DNA of 64,000 nt from Octopus sinensis (GCF_006345805.1 NC_043003.1:83514001-83578000); one strand, 5' to 3'; shown: positions 31,162-44,650, numbered from the stretch's first letter. Made by a program: numbers and translations. The notes: a model not told the origin generated them from the sequence alone.

Positions 31162-32438
31162 TCAGGTCATCCCATAAGTTCTGTCCGATTTTACCTTTTT
31201 TTTTAATTTGAATGAATTTTAATAGTATTTTAGAATGTCTAATGGAATTAAACATTTTTTTATGCATTTGTGTACATTTAAACTGATTAAATATTATTTT
31301 AGAGAATAATAGGATTAAAATTTCGTTGGTTAAAGCTTTTTCTAACATGGAAGTATTCAAGGAGCATTTGAGGCATATAATGCCTTATGCGTACAAAAAA
31401 CGAAACTCTGCAGCCGAAGCGACTCGAAACATACACTCAGTTTATGGGCAAGAATGTTTGACTGAAAGAACTTGCAGAAGATGGTTTGCAAAATTCAGAA
31501 GTGGAGATTTCAGCCTTGAAGATGAAGGTCGAACAGGACGTCCAGTTGAGTTTGATGATAAGCTCCTTGAGGCATTACTTGAAAAAAATCCTGCATTATC
31601 AGTTGAAGAATTGGCAATTAAGATTAGTTCAAACCATACAACTGTTCATCGTCATCTTCAACAACTTGGAAAGGTTCCTAAACTTGCCTCATGAATTATC
31701 CGAAAGCAACCACGAATCCCGAGATGACATCTGCTCTTCTCTCCATTCTCGCGGACTCATTTCACCCTTTTTGGATAGACTTGTGATTGATGACGCAAAA
31801 TGGATCTTCTATCAAAATGTTAAATGTCGTTAACAGTGGCTTGGTAAAAAGGAAAAAGCTCAACCACAACCGAGAAAGGAACTTTATGAGAAAAAGGTTC
31901 TTCTTTCTATCTGGTGGGATTGCAAAGGAGTAATTCACTTTGAATTGTTACCACCTAATGCAGCAATCAATATCAAGTCTACTGTCTGCAATTAGAGCGT
32001 TTGAACCAAGCTTTGCAGAAAAAAAGACCCGCTTTAGTGAATCGAAAAGAAGTGATGTTTCATTAGGACCATGCGCGACCCCACACTGCAAAGATCACAT
32101 CACAGAATATCGAAGAGCTTAATTGGGAAAAAATTCTTCATCCACCTTACTCTCCCGACCTTGTTCCTTCAGACTGCCATTTGTTTTGTAGTTTACAGAA
32201 TTATTTGGGGGACATAACTTTCGGAAGCCAGGAGGAGGTCGAAACTGACATTTCAGAATCCTTCGCTTTAAGACCAAAAGAGTTTTATATTGATGAGATT
32301 AAAATGCTTGCAAATAGATGAAAGGGAGTCATAGATAATCAGGGAAAGTACATTGATGATTAAATTTCAATTAAATATAACATTTGATCGCTTGTATTCC
32401 TTATTCAAAATTCGGACAGAACTTATGGGATGACCTGA
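31162..32438 (+). mobile_element. Full-length mariner element (1277 bp), transposase inactivated
   Basis: TIRs TCAGGTCATCCCATAAGTTCTGTCCGA / TCGGACAGAACTTATGGGATGACCTGA with TA TSDs (31160-61, 32439-40). Confidence 0.97.
31347..32363 (+). pseudogene. mariner transposase pseudogene
   Basis: MEVFKEHLRH...RRWFAKFRSGDFSLEDEGRTGRP...PHEL...FLDRLVIDDAKWIFYQN...SIWWDCKGVI...HARPH...HPPYSPDLVPSD; several frameshifts and stops. Confidence 0.95.
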
Positions 32439-32459
32439 TAAAATAAATCATCATAGGTA

Positions 32460-32673
32460 CGAGCGTGGCTGTATGGTAGGAAGTTTGCTTCCAAACCACA
32501 TGGTTCCAAATTCAGACCCACTGCGTGGCACCTTGAACAAGTATCTTCTACTATAGCCTCAGGAAGACCAAAGCCTCGTGAGTGGATTTGGTAGACGGAA
32601 ACTAAAAGAAGCCTGTCGTAAATATGTGTGTGTATATATGTGTGTGTATATATGTGTGTGTATATATATATGT

Positions 32674-32744
<71 letters not shown>

Positions 32745-32930
32745 TTTTTGCTTATCTCTCACCGCTGTTTGACAACAGGTGTTTGGCTTTTTTTATGTAC
32801 CCCTAATTTAAAGTTTCAGCAAAATGTCCGATGGAATAGTACTTTGGACGATTTGCTCAATTAAAAACACTCCAAGGCGGTGCCCCAGCATGGCCACAGT
32901 TTAATGACTGAAACAAGCAAAAGATAACCG
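32460..32930 (+). mobile_element. SINE family A, near full length
   Basis: GCGTGGCTGTATGGTAGGAAG...CACTGCGTGGCACCTTGAACAAGT...(TG)n...CCAGCATGGCCACAG...GAAACAAG. Confidence 0.85.
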
Positions 32931-33471
32931 ATAAAAGATTATTTGCATAATTTGCATTTTCTGTGACAAAGCACAGACGCTCTTCAGACAGAAATTTTAA
33001 AATTGCTGATGCATTTCACATAAAAGTTAGAACCTACTAGCGCGCTACACAGGGGATGCTAAAATTTATTCGTGCACTTCATATGGAAATTAAAAATTAC
33101 AAAGACACATCATAGAAAAAAGTTGCAAACACACTTCACGTAGAAAGTCAACATTTACAGATGCAATTCTTATTGATAGTAAAGATTTCTGGCGCAGTTC
33201 ACATAGAATGTTAAAAATTAGTAGCACATTTCAAACGAACAGTTAAAAAAAATTACTGATGCATTTCGCATACAAGTTAAACATTACAAGTGGATTTCAA
33301 GTAATAAAGTTAAAATTTGCTAACACGCTGCACATGGAAGTTTTAAAAATACTGGCACCCTTTGCATGGAATGATATATATTATTGGCGCGGTTCACATG
33401 TACTGTTAAAAAATTTGGGCTCACCTTACATGAAAACAAAAAATAATTAAGATGCCACATATAAAAAGTTA

Positions 33472-33881
33472 GGATCTTTTCGGTTTGAACGGTAGTTTTT
33501 TCTAGCGGTATCATATGAAATTGTCACCCATAATTATGACCCTAGTATCGATCTATTGCATTTCAATGTTTTAGGGTTAGGGTTAGGGGAAGGGGAAGGG
33601 TATTATTTTTTTCTTCACATATGTAATTAAACCCAATCTGTTTCTTAAACGAGGGACATATTCATACGGCACAGAATGTTTTTTAACTCAATAGACGTCA
33701 TTGATTGGTTGAAATTGCAGAAATTGAAGAAAAAAAAACAGCAAATATCTTACAAACCATAGAATTTTCTCAATAAAGCCAAAAGATGCTTTATAAACAC
33801 ATTCTACCAGTATACGAAGTTTTAAATTTTTTAGTTACCTAGAAATTATGTTAAAAACTGCCGTTCAAACCGAAAATATCC
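33472..33881. mobile_element. MITE with 28-bp TIRs, 8-bp TSD and internal TTAGGG run (Merlin-like by GG termini and 8-bp TSD)
   Basis: GGATCTTTTCGGTTTGAACGGTAGTTTT ... AAAACTGCCGTTCAAACCGAAAATATCC; TSD AAAAGTTA on both sides; internal TTAGGGTTAGGGTTAGGG. Superfamily assignment is inference. Confidence 0.85.
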
Positions 33882-34187
33882 AAAAGTTAAATATTATTAG
33901 TGCACTTCACGTGGCAAGCTGAATATTATTGATGCTCTTTTATATTAAAAAATGGGGGGCAATTCACGTGATGAGTTAAAACATACTGGCAGGCTTGAAG
34001 AGGGGGAAGTTTAAAACTTATTAGTGTATTTCACTAATAAGTTTTTATAAATGGAATGTTAAAAACTACTGGCACTCACTCACATCGTCAGTGAGTCACA
34101 TTTACATCAACAGAATCTGACATATCCTGAAACATACACCAAAATGAATAAATTATTTAAATTTAATATAAACGCTATGCATCCCAA

Positions 34188-34582
34188 TCTCTCTATATAT
34201 ATATAAAGCTGAAGTTGTCTGTGTATGGCAGGTTTGGTAGCCTTCAACTAACACTATCTCCTCCGAGACCCTGCGGCGCAAGTTGACCAAAATTGAGTGT
34301 ATGATAGAAGAAGGCTTTCTCTTCCTTCCGTAGAAGAACAAATTCAAATCGAACCATGTTAAGACCAAAAATTATTTACATCATAAAGGTGCTTTTTTCT
34401 ATGAAAATCCCTATTTTTTACGATTTTATGCCTGCTGTGTCGCCATTTTTCGGTGTATTTCAACCAGAAAAATGTTCACTTAAAGAGAATAACAAGCTAC
34501 ATAATGCAAAACTTTTACTTTTCAAAAATTCTAATTCTGAAGGGTCGAAACAAACCCGAGCAACGCCGGGCGATACTGCTAG
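34188..34582 (+). mobile_element. Non-autonomous Helitron
   Basis: Starts TC after A; ends with hairpin CCCG-AGCAACGC-CGGG then CTAG before T; no TSD. Confidence 0.85.
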
Positions 34583-35289
34583 TGTCTGATAAACGTCTTT
34601 GCTAATAATTTACAAACGTTTTAACATCGTGGTAGATAGGAGATCAAAGAAAAATTTGCTGGCACATTCCATATGGACACTTAAAGTATAAAAGTGCATT
34701 TTAGATGGAAAAATTACCCTCGAATTTTAAAAGGAACAATGAATATTACTGGTACACTTACCACAGAAATTTTTAAATCCGTGGGAGTAATACAAGTTTA
34801 CTGACGCATTTCTCAGAGAGTATTAAAAATTACTGAAAGTTATAAATTACTAACGCTGATCACATCAAAGTTAATATCTACTGACGCACTTCGTATGGAA
34901 AGTTAAATATTATTGGCACACATCACATAACCATTTAAATATTACCGGCTCATTGCACATGAAAACTTTAAAATTACTGCTGCACTTCGTACGGAAATTT
35001 TAAAATTTCTTATGTAATTCACATGTTGAGTTTAAAATGACGGGCACGATTCTGATGTACGATTAAAAGTGTACTTCACAGGGAAAGATCAAAATTGCTG
35101 GCGTACATCACATGAACATAATCGAAATATATATAACACAAGGAAACTATGAAATTCATAAATGTACGCATCAAAATAGAAATTGTTTATAAAATGTGTG
35201 CTTCCTTTGGGTCTTGGCATGCCGGCTTAAACGTTTAACGTCATTTCGTCCGTCTGTACGTTCTGAGCTCAAATTCCAGCAAGGTCGTG

Positions 35290-35745
35290 GGATCTTTTCG
35301 GTTTGAACGGCAGTTTTTAACATATTTTCTAGGTAACTAAAAAATTTTAAACTTCGTATACTAGTAGAATGTGTTTATAAAACATTTTTTTCTCTTGTCT
35401 TTATTGTTCACTTAAAGAGAATAACAAGCTACATAATGCAAAATTTGTAAGATATAGTTTGTAAGATATTTGTTGCTTTTTTTTTCTTCAATTTCTGCAA
35501 TTTCAACCAATCAGTGACGTCTATTGAGTTAAAAAGCATTCTGTGCCGTATGAATATGTCCCTCGTTTAAGAAACAGATTGGGTTTATTTACATTTGTGA
35601 AGAAAAAAAAGATACCCTTCCCCCACCCCTAACTCTAACCCTAAAAGAGATTGAAATGCGCTATATCGATTCTAGGGTCATAATTATGTGTGACAATTTC
35701 ATATGACACCGCTAGAAAAAACTGCCGTTCAAACCGAAAAGATCC
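35290..35745. mobile_element. Second copy of the 33472 MITE, opposite orientation, inserted in a family C SINE (35215-35870)
   Basis: Same TIRs; internal CCCTAACTCTAACCCTAA; flanks AGGTCGTG/TGGCCGTG (6/8); SINE halves GAGCTCAAATTCC..AGGTCG and TTTGCCTTTCATCCTTTC lie on either side. Confidence 0.88.
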
Positions 35746-36631
35746 TGGCCGTGTTTGCCTTTCATCCTTTCAGGATCGATTAAATAAGTTCTAGTTAAGC
35801 ACTGGAGCCAATGTAATCGACTTAGCCACTCCCTCGAAATTGCAGGCCTTGTACAATAATTTGAAACCATTATTAGGATAGTGAAGACGGGGAGCTAGAA
35901 AACGCGTTAGCACGCCGATCAAAATGCTTAGCTTGCATTTCGCCCGTTTTTTTATTTTCTGACCTCCAATTCTGCCTCTTTGCTTTTTGTTTTCTCCTTC
36001 TTGAAACAAGAGCTTCTTCCTGGTTTTTATCACGTTATTGCTTATGAGTGTCGAAAGACTACCATAGGGATATGTATATATTTGTATGTAAACATATACG
36101 TGTGTGTGTATTTGTGTGTACGTATTTTACATTACTGTATTACTTGTATCTATCCGCAGTTTTCCGTTTCGCTTTTACGATGTTGTTGTCCTCCATATTT
36201 AATCCTTGCTCATACATTTATGTTAAGTATCAATGGTGCAGCCAGAGAAATAGCGCCATGGAACTTAAACCTCTTGGACTTTTAAATGATTAACTACAGA
36301 CGACATATGTTACACACACACACACACACACACAAGCACACTAACATATACATATATATAGAGAGAGGGGGGCGAATAAAGTGATAATTTATTTTCGAAC
36401 GGAGAACAGCAGAAACATTGACTGTTGACAAACTTTTGCGCTTTATAAGGATATTTTATCCATTGTTTCTGTTGTTCTAACGACGTTTCTGCGTTAGAAA
36501 ATAAATTATCACTGTATTTGTATCTATATACACATTTCGGGTTTATAAAAAAAAACAAATCTTAGTTTCTTTGTATATATATATGAGTTGCACATATAAA
36601 CATATATATATACATGTTTGTATGTATATAG

Positions 36632-36665
<34 letters not shown>

Positions 36666-36670
36666 TATAT

Positions 36671-36827
<157 letters not shown>

Positions 36828-36853
36828 GCATGTATGTATGTATATATATATAT

Positions 36854-36887
<34 letters not shown>

Positions 36888-36917
36888 GCATGTATGTATG
36901 TATGTATGTATATATAT

Positions 36918-37005
<88 letters not shown>

Positions 37006-37679
37006 GGTCGATAACTTTACTCGTCTGTTTACCCAAATAACAAGGTATCAATAAAATTCCAAAAGGTCTAAAAATTTCAACTGGCTGAAAATTTGTTAAC
37101 ATTAAATGTTTAATATTTAAATAATAAAAAAAACGTCGGCGAGTTGGCAAAATTACTAACATGCAGGACAATATGTTTAGCACCATTTCTTCCGGTTTCT
37201 CAAAAGCAAGAGCATAGCAAAGACCATGTTCATAATTTTGGAGCTTCCTTTCCTCATTAAGGTTCAAATATAGAGAACATTTCCATAATTTCCTCGAGTC
37301 ACATTGTGGCATATTTTTTTATAGAAAGCCAATATATTTCATATACATAATCAATATATTTATAGCACTCTCTCTCTCTCTCACACTAGTGAAACAAGAT
37401 GAAAACTATTTTGCACTTCGTATGATAAAATGTATGTATTTTGTGAGGCATATATGTTTGTATGCATGGGTGTGCATAAGTGTGAGTGTGCATGTGTGTG
37501 CGCGTTTGTGTGTACATGTACATAAATTTGTAAGTCTTCATATCTATGAGTATTTATAACAGCCAAAACTGAGATTTATTATATATGTACATATATTTAT
37601 ATTTGCAAATGTCTATTATGTGTATTTAGGTACAATGTGTTTGTGAAAATGTATATAAATGAGCACACACACATGTGTG

Positions 37680-37753
<74 letters not shown>

Positions 37754-38994
37754 ATATATGCATGTATGTATGTATGTATGTATGTATGTATATGTATGTA
37801 TGTATATGTATGTATGTATATATAGTGAGTTAGGATATATAAACCTGGTATTTACAACATGAACCACTGCCATAGATATCGGCTATCGAAAATTGGAAGC
37901 GAGGAGATTTTTCACGCTACCACTCTAATTATCTGAAAATACACAAATATCTTTAGAGTATGTATAATGACATATGTCGAAGAGTGGCGTTAGCAAGTCA
38001 TTTTGAATACTTCATTTACAATCGTTTCATCGTAATTCAATATAATCAATCTTGCGTAATGCTGTAATCGTGTCAACGATTATTGTAGAGAGAGTGGATG
38101 GTGTCAACCCACATCTATTGATGCAATACTTAGCAGTAAGTGTGGTATCATTGGATCACTGGTTGTTCGGGTTTTACAACAAACATCATCATTCAAGCGA
38201 TCTGGCCTAGGTTCATCAACCTTAGGCGTGTACGCAAACAGACTTCTAGAGATCGCGCTGATCACAACTTTTCAACCAGATCCATCGAGATATTCACTCA
38301 GCAGCCTCTACATTCTGCTCATTCCAGAAATAACTAAGATTCCGAAGGCAAGACCTACGTACACTCAACTGCCAACCTTTTGTCGTACAAAACTATTTCC
38401 CAATGTAAAAAATTTTCTTAGATAAGTAATGAATTTTTTTGTAACAATATTGTTGAATTTTGAATTGAATTTTGTTTGATTATTATTGTAAAAATATTGA
38501 TTTCTATATTGTTATTTGATAATTATAAGTTACGATACGTATATTTATTTACTTATTTTTATTATTGTTATTATCTTGTGAATTAACGTATTACATATAA
38601 TTTACATTAGGAAATGGTTTTGTACAAGATCGTATCGAATAGGTAGGAATTTTTATTTATGTAATATTGCATTTAAGTAAATACTTTGAATAATGATAGA
38701 AACTTTGGTAAATTCTATAAATGAGTGTAATATTAAATCTGTATATATATATTGAATCAATTATATAATAAGTTTAACTAATTTGTGTGTATATATTTGA
38801 ACCATTTTTCTATTTTTAATTCCTGTAGTCATAGTTTGTAGTAGTATTATGTATATAAGTTAGCATGAAGTTTTTTAGCATATATTACTTAATTAGAATA
38901 GGATTTAACTTAGATGTTTATTAAATTGATTAATTAATTAATAATTTAATGTATATAGATTAAATTATAGTATTTTAGCTTCACTTCATGTATT

Positions 38995-40272
38995 TTTGGT
39001 TGGCATCCTTTTTGTCTCGGGAGACAATGGAGTTGCGCATAAAATAGTCTAGTCCGGCTTTTACATTTCATGTCCTGATACATTTCCTGCTGTGGCTGTG
39101 TAGTCCTATCCTGGACAAACACACCCTCTGGCAGGTACCGCAAATGTAGCGAAGACTGTTCCTGGCTGGTTGTAATGCCATAGTTTTTGTTGACGTCTTC
39201 TCTTGTCCTTCCATTTCTCCTCTCTCTCTCTGTCACTCCTTTGTATTCCCTCTTTTACGGTACGTCACCAATCTCCACGGTTACCGGCAACTGCTTCCCA
39301 ATTGCTAATATTGATGTTGCAGGCCTTCATGTCCCTTTTGCAAACATCCTTGTAACGTAAGAACGGTCTACCCACAGACCTAGTACCCCTAGCAAGCTCT
39401 CCGTAGAGTATGTCCTTGGGGATTCTGCCATCTTTCATACGGCTAACATGCCCAAGCCATCTCATACGTCTTTGTGTGAGGAGTGCAAACATGCTTGGTA
39501 TTCCTGCTTGCTTGAGGACATCTTTGTTGGGGACATGATTCTGCCATTTGATGCGGAGGATTTTCCGGAGGCAGCGCAGGTGAAAGATGTTTAGGCGACG
39601 CTCTTGGCGTGTGTATAGCGTCCAAGTCTCACTTCCATACAGTAAAGTGCTAAGTACACATGCCTGGTAGATCTTCATTTTCGTGGTCTTGGTCAGCTTA
39701 TTGTTGTCCCATTCCTGTTTGGAGAGTTGGGCCATCGCAGCAGCTGCCTTGCCAATGCGTATATTGAGCTCAGCGTCAAGGGATAGGTTGTAGGTGACGG
39801 TAGAACCAAGACAGGTAAACTTCTCCACCTCTTGTAATCTGTGGTCTCCAATATGTATGTTTGGGATGCCCGATGTAGCCTGACCCATGATGTTGGTCTT
39901 CTTAAGGCTGATAGCTAAGCCAAAGTCGTTACATGCTTGCTCAAAACAGTTAATGAGCCTTTGGAGGGCTTCTTCTGTGTGTGATACCAGAGCGGCATCA
40001 TCAGCAAATAGCATCTCCTTGATCAGGACGTTTCTGATTTTGGTCTTGGCGCGCAGGCGCGAGAGATTGAACAGTTTCCCGTCACTTCTACTGTGCAGAA
40101 ACACTCCATCATCTGATGTCTGAAAGGCATGTGAGAGTAAGAGCGAGAAGATGCCAAATAATGTAGGAGCGAGGACACAACCTTGCTTTACCCCGTTTTT
40201 TATTTGGAAGGTGGCTGATGTTGAACCATTGTGCTGTATGGTGCCTTGCATATCATCATGGAAAGACTTCAT
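38995..40272 (-). mobile_element. 5'-truncated RTE-clade LINE (BovB-like RT)
   Basis: 335-aa open frame: GVKQGCVLAPTLF, MLFADDAAL, LSTLLYGSETW, RRMRWLGHVSRM..GRIPKDILYGEL..G.R..GRP..RYKD. After one stop comes the C-terminal YICGTCQRVCLSRIGLHSHSRKC knuckle, then an RTE-type 3' tail (CCATTGTCTCCCGAGAC...GGATGCC). Confidence 0.95.
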
Positions 40273-40649
40273 GTATATTACGTATAATATATATATATTG
40301 TTTTAAATATCTTATTTTAATTATTTGTATTTTATTTTTTTTAGTAATGATATACTATAGTTTGTTATTATTTTCTTCTATAAGCTAAAATATATTTTCA
40401 TAGATAAAATAAATATTTCTACCTTTTATTCTAGTTTTATTTACCCCACGTTTTTAACGAGATAAATTTATTATAAACACTAAGTCCTACGTATTAAGTT
40501 TAAAGATTTTGTTAACAGAATATATTTGATAAGATATTTCGTGTTTTTATTTTAAGATATATTGTTGAATTTTGTTCGATTTTTTATTGAAAAATTACGT
40601 ATTTTTATATATATTTATATTGTCTTATAAGAAATATACATACATTCTC

Positions 40650-41476
40650 ATGCCAGCAAGAGAAATAATATTCTTAAGATTATAAACCTGGAAAATTACA
40701 GGACAAGTTATTACACTCGGAAAAGTTCAGGACAACTTCTTACATCTGGTAACATACAGAACAAGAAACTTTTTACTTAAAATACTGCAGTTAAGGATAA
40801 AATTTCAAATAAAATATTTAGATTTAGAAAATATTAGCGTTTATTAAAACTAAAAATTTTATTACAAGTAATTACTTCTATTTGTTATTACTTGTTACTT
40901 CTATTAAAAATTTAAAATAACTCAATTAATATCGTTTTTGCACTTTAAAACATTCTTCCTTTTAATTATTAATTAATAATTATAATTTTGAAAATAGGTT
41001 GTTAAAAAATAATAGAAGTAAATAATTAGTTAGTACAATAAAGAGAATAATACAAAAATTAGTTATTACAGTAAAATCTACTGATAACAACAAATTCCCA
41101 GTAAAACTTGCTTGAGTTATTGCCTAAGTTATTGCCAAGTCTTCACATGTTTAGTCTTGACCCAATGCCTATTTTTTACATAATAAATTTACCTACCATA
41201 TGTACTATTCTACATTACAAAAAACTTTAGCTATATTGGTACTTCTGGCTCTTAATTTTAAGTATTCTAGTGTGTCAATATTTTAACAAAATGATGGTAC
41301 CTTTTTTTTTAATTATAGTGTTACTTTGTAAATTAGAATCAGATAATTTTTAATATTCAAATTTTATACTTAGCTTAAGTAAAAAAATTTTTGTTCTGTA
41401 CTTTACCAGATGTAATAGCTTGTCCTGTAATTTTCAAGGTTTATTATCTTAAAAATATTATTTATCTTGCTCGCAT
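40650..41476. repeat. Old inverted repeat pair (~76 bp) bracketing AT-rich DNA
   Basis: 40650-40725 (ATGCCAGCAAGAGAAATAATATTCTTAAGATTATAAACCTGGAAAATTACAGGACAAG) versus reverse complement of 41401-41476. Confidence 0.7.
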
Positions 41477-42531
41477 TTTTCCATTTTATCCATGTTTTTC
41501 CAGGCTATGCTATTCTGCTAATTAATAATGTGTCAAATGTGTCAATTAGCAGTGTCGTTGATAATTTTTTCCTTACCTCAATAATGCTGGTGACCTATAA
41601 CAAAAGTCTCCTTATAGAACGATATTCATAAAATAAGTACAGAACTATATTATCACCCTCAAATTTGAGAAACAAACACGCACAACTCTTTTCTTTTAAA
41701 ACTTCATTGCATGAGATTGATACCATGAAATTTCTCGAATTGAGCTCTGTCATTTAAGCTTAATTAAAATATCGTTTGTTTTTAAAATGAAAAAGTTAAT
41801 TATACTTAAATCCAATGTTTTTGCCTTATATTTTTTCATGATATTTTACCTTGTTTCAGTCATTTGATATTTTACCTCACAACGTTTTTGATACAAATTT
41901 TTGTTGCATGGGAGCGAAACTATGAAATTCTTCATGCTTTCTTCTATCATTGAAGTTCAGATAAATATATTTTGCTTTTGAAACAAAAAAGTTATTTAGA
42001 TTTAAACTTGATTGATGGCGTTACTTACTCTCCTATAACGTTGCTACAAATTTTGATGTAAACGTTTTTGTACTGCATCAAATCTCAATTTGTTTATGCC
42101 AAAATGTAGCCAACAGTTTTCAATTTGGTTAAGAACTGAATTAGCGACAAGCTCTGAAAGATGCTGCGTGCGAGAGTAAATTGCGGCTTTAAGAATATTA
42201 TTCAACTACTGTAGTTGAATGATATGTATGTATGTATGATATGTTTGTCATGTTTTTACCATTATTGTTTTTTGTATTTTATATTCGTGTGGCATCGTCC
42301 GTTTTTCTGTCCCTGTTTCGTATGCATTCGATCCTTTTTCCGAGAAATCTAATGCTCGTAGCTTAGTTTTTCCTTGGGACTGGCCGGATCGGAGCGATCT
42401 CAAGATTAATCAGCCGAAATTGCTAGGATGATCCGGTTCTTGACTGAAGATTGAAGGCTTCGAATGTCCCGTCTGTGTTTTTTGTATCGTCTTCTAAATG
42501 TTTTACGTTCTTGTCCCAGTTTGTATTTTTC

Positions 42532-42588
<57 letters not shown>

Positions 42589-43242
42589 ATATATACATAT
42601 ATATATATAGAGAGAGGGGGGACGGAGGGAAGAAGAGAGATAGATACATACATACATACAAACATACATACATACATACATACATACAAACATACATACA
42701 TACATACATACATACATACATACATAATACATACATACATACATACATACATACATACATACATACATACACACATACATAGGTACATACATACATACAT
42801 AATAGAAAATTACGTGCCATACAACGGGTAACTTTGAAAGTATACTTTACCATCAGGGATAATACCAGAATTTATGGTATACATAAAATACATTATCAAA
42901 TTTGTTGGTACTGACACAAAATGATGAAATGAATACTAATAGAACAATTTTAAATTTACCTTAAAATAAAATCAAAGCAACGAATTTCACATATGTATAA
43001 CTTCGCCTATAACTGCTCTATCATTTTCCCTCTTCATCATCTCCTTCTTTCCCACTCAGTGTGTGTGTAGCCTTCCTTTACTCACTGCTTGCCACCAAAC
43101 CTAATATGTGTACTCTCTCTCTCTCTCTCTCTTTTCCTCTCTCTGTCTCTTTCTCTTCCTCCTCTCAAAATGTAAAACCTGATTAGAGAAAACCAACCAA
43201 CATTTCTGTCATTATTATATATATATATACATATATATATAC

Positions 43243-43294
<52 letters not shown>

Positions 43295-43725
43295 ACATAA
43301 TTACATATACATTCACACACACACACATACATTCATGTGTGTGTTTGTGTGTGTGCTAAACAATGCTATACTTAGATTTACACATACATGGAAGCATACA
43401 CAAATATACAATGATATACTTTCACCAAGCAACACTTTCACCAAGCAACACTTCCTCTCTGTACTGACTATTCTCGGTTTTTTCATTTGTCTATTTTACC
43501 AATGGAAGTATTAGTTCATCTATTGAACTTTGTGAATATCAATGTAATTTTCTTTGGTTTGAAACAGTAGTTACATAGTGCCATTGACATTTTTTTTATC
43601 TCTACATCTCTAAAGAGCTTCAGACATACATATTTGTTTCCCCTGTATCTATAAGTAAATGTGTGTGTATATGAATGTGGGTGTGAATGTGTGTGCCTTT
43701 CTGTGTATGCGCGTCTGCATGTGTG

Positions 43726-43773
<48 letters not shown>

Positions 43774-44074
43774 TGAGTGTAAGTATTTGTATGAATGAAT
43801 AATTGATAGAATCAATTGACTTCTATTGCCTGAATGTATTTCTCTTTTCCTCCTGCGTGCCTGCGGCACATTATGTTTCTTTGCTCAAATTGGCAATTCG
43901 AATGAAAAGAAAATATTTAAATCGGTATTATATTGTAATGTAATTATAGCTTCCATAATTTAAGTTTATTACGCCAACTTTGAAAAGACCTGTTTACGTA
44001 TTATTGTATTCATATTATAGAATAGAATGTTTGGATTTATATTACAGCTCATTAATTTTACGGCATGTCAGCTA

Positions 44075-44650
44075 TCAACTTTGGCAACGTTCACAGGAAC
44101 ATTTGGAATTTGGTTTTAATCCTTTGATCATAATTGAGACAATGCTTATGTGTTTGATAAGCGAAAAGACATTTGGAAATTATGCAATGAAACCATTGAA
44201 GATTAAAGCCAACCTTGAAGAGGTTAATTCAGATAATAAAAGCAACGATCTTCAATGTTGTAAGAAATTGAGAAAAAAGGTTAAGAAAATATTCATTCTT
44301 AGTGTCAATTTTTTTTAATGCCCTTCTTATACGGATAACTGAAGAAATATAAGCCTCTTATAATATAGCCGTTAAAATATCAAAAACAAATGTTACACAC
44401 GGTTGGAGAGGATATTCTCATATCAGCCGGAAAGATAGTCATAGAAAGCATTATGAAAAAGGGCTGTGAGCCAGTTCTTCCGGTTATCTCTCAGACTGAC
44501 TATGCTAAACAACACCTTATTGATGCAATGACAGAAGATGTAGCAAAAAGTGATAACTTCAAAACTTCAACACTGTAAATTTTCTATCCAGCTGAACGAG
44601 TCGACGTTCGGAAATTCCTATATTCTCATAAACTATGTAAGGTATTGTAA
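44075..44650 (+). pseudogene. hAT transposase relic (Buster/Charlie type)
   Basis: EHLEFGF...MCLI.EKTFGNYAMKP (BED-finger remnant), ASYNIA..I.K...HTVGEDILISAGK.V..IM, FSIQLNEST....IL..YVRY; stops and frameshifts. Confidence 0.8.

Larger units (their letters stand above)
32995..35130 (+). repeat. Diverged ~32-bp minisatellite array interrupted by a MITE and a Helitron
   Basis: Approximate consensus AAAATTACTGGCACATTTCACATGGAAAGTTA, repeated at ~32-bp spacing in 32995-33471, 33882-34135 and 34600-35130. Confidence 0.85.

Noticed and set aside
32995-35130. 32-bp periodic array as a CRISPR
   Set aside because: Units are contiguous with no unique spacers, no cas genes, and the context is eukaryotic.
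38420-41500. AT-rich tract as a mitochondrial insertion
   Set aside because: No mitochondrial gene, rRNA or tRNA motif could be read on either strand.
41570-42160. Three apparent minus-strand exons with GT/AG sites and a repeated NFxVSxxCN-like peptide
   Set aside because: In-frame stops in two of them, incompatible phases at the first junction, and no recognisable protein; at most a relic.
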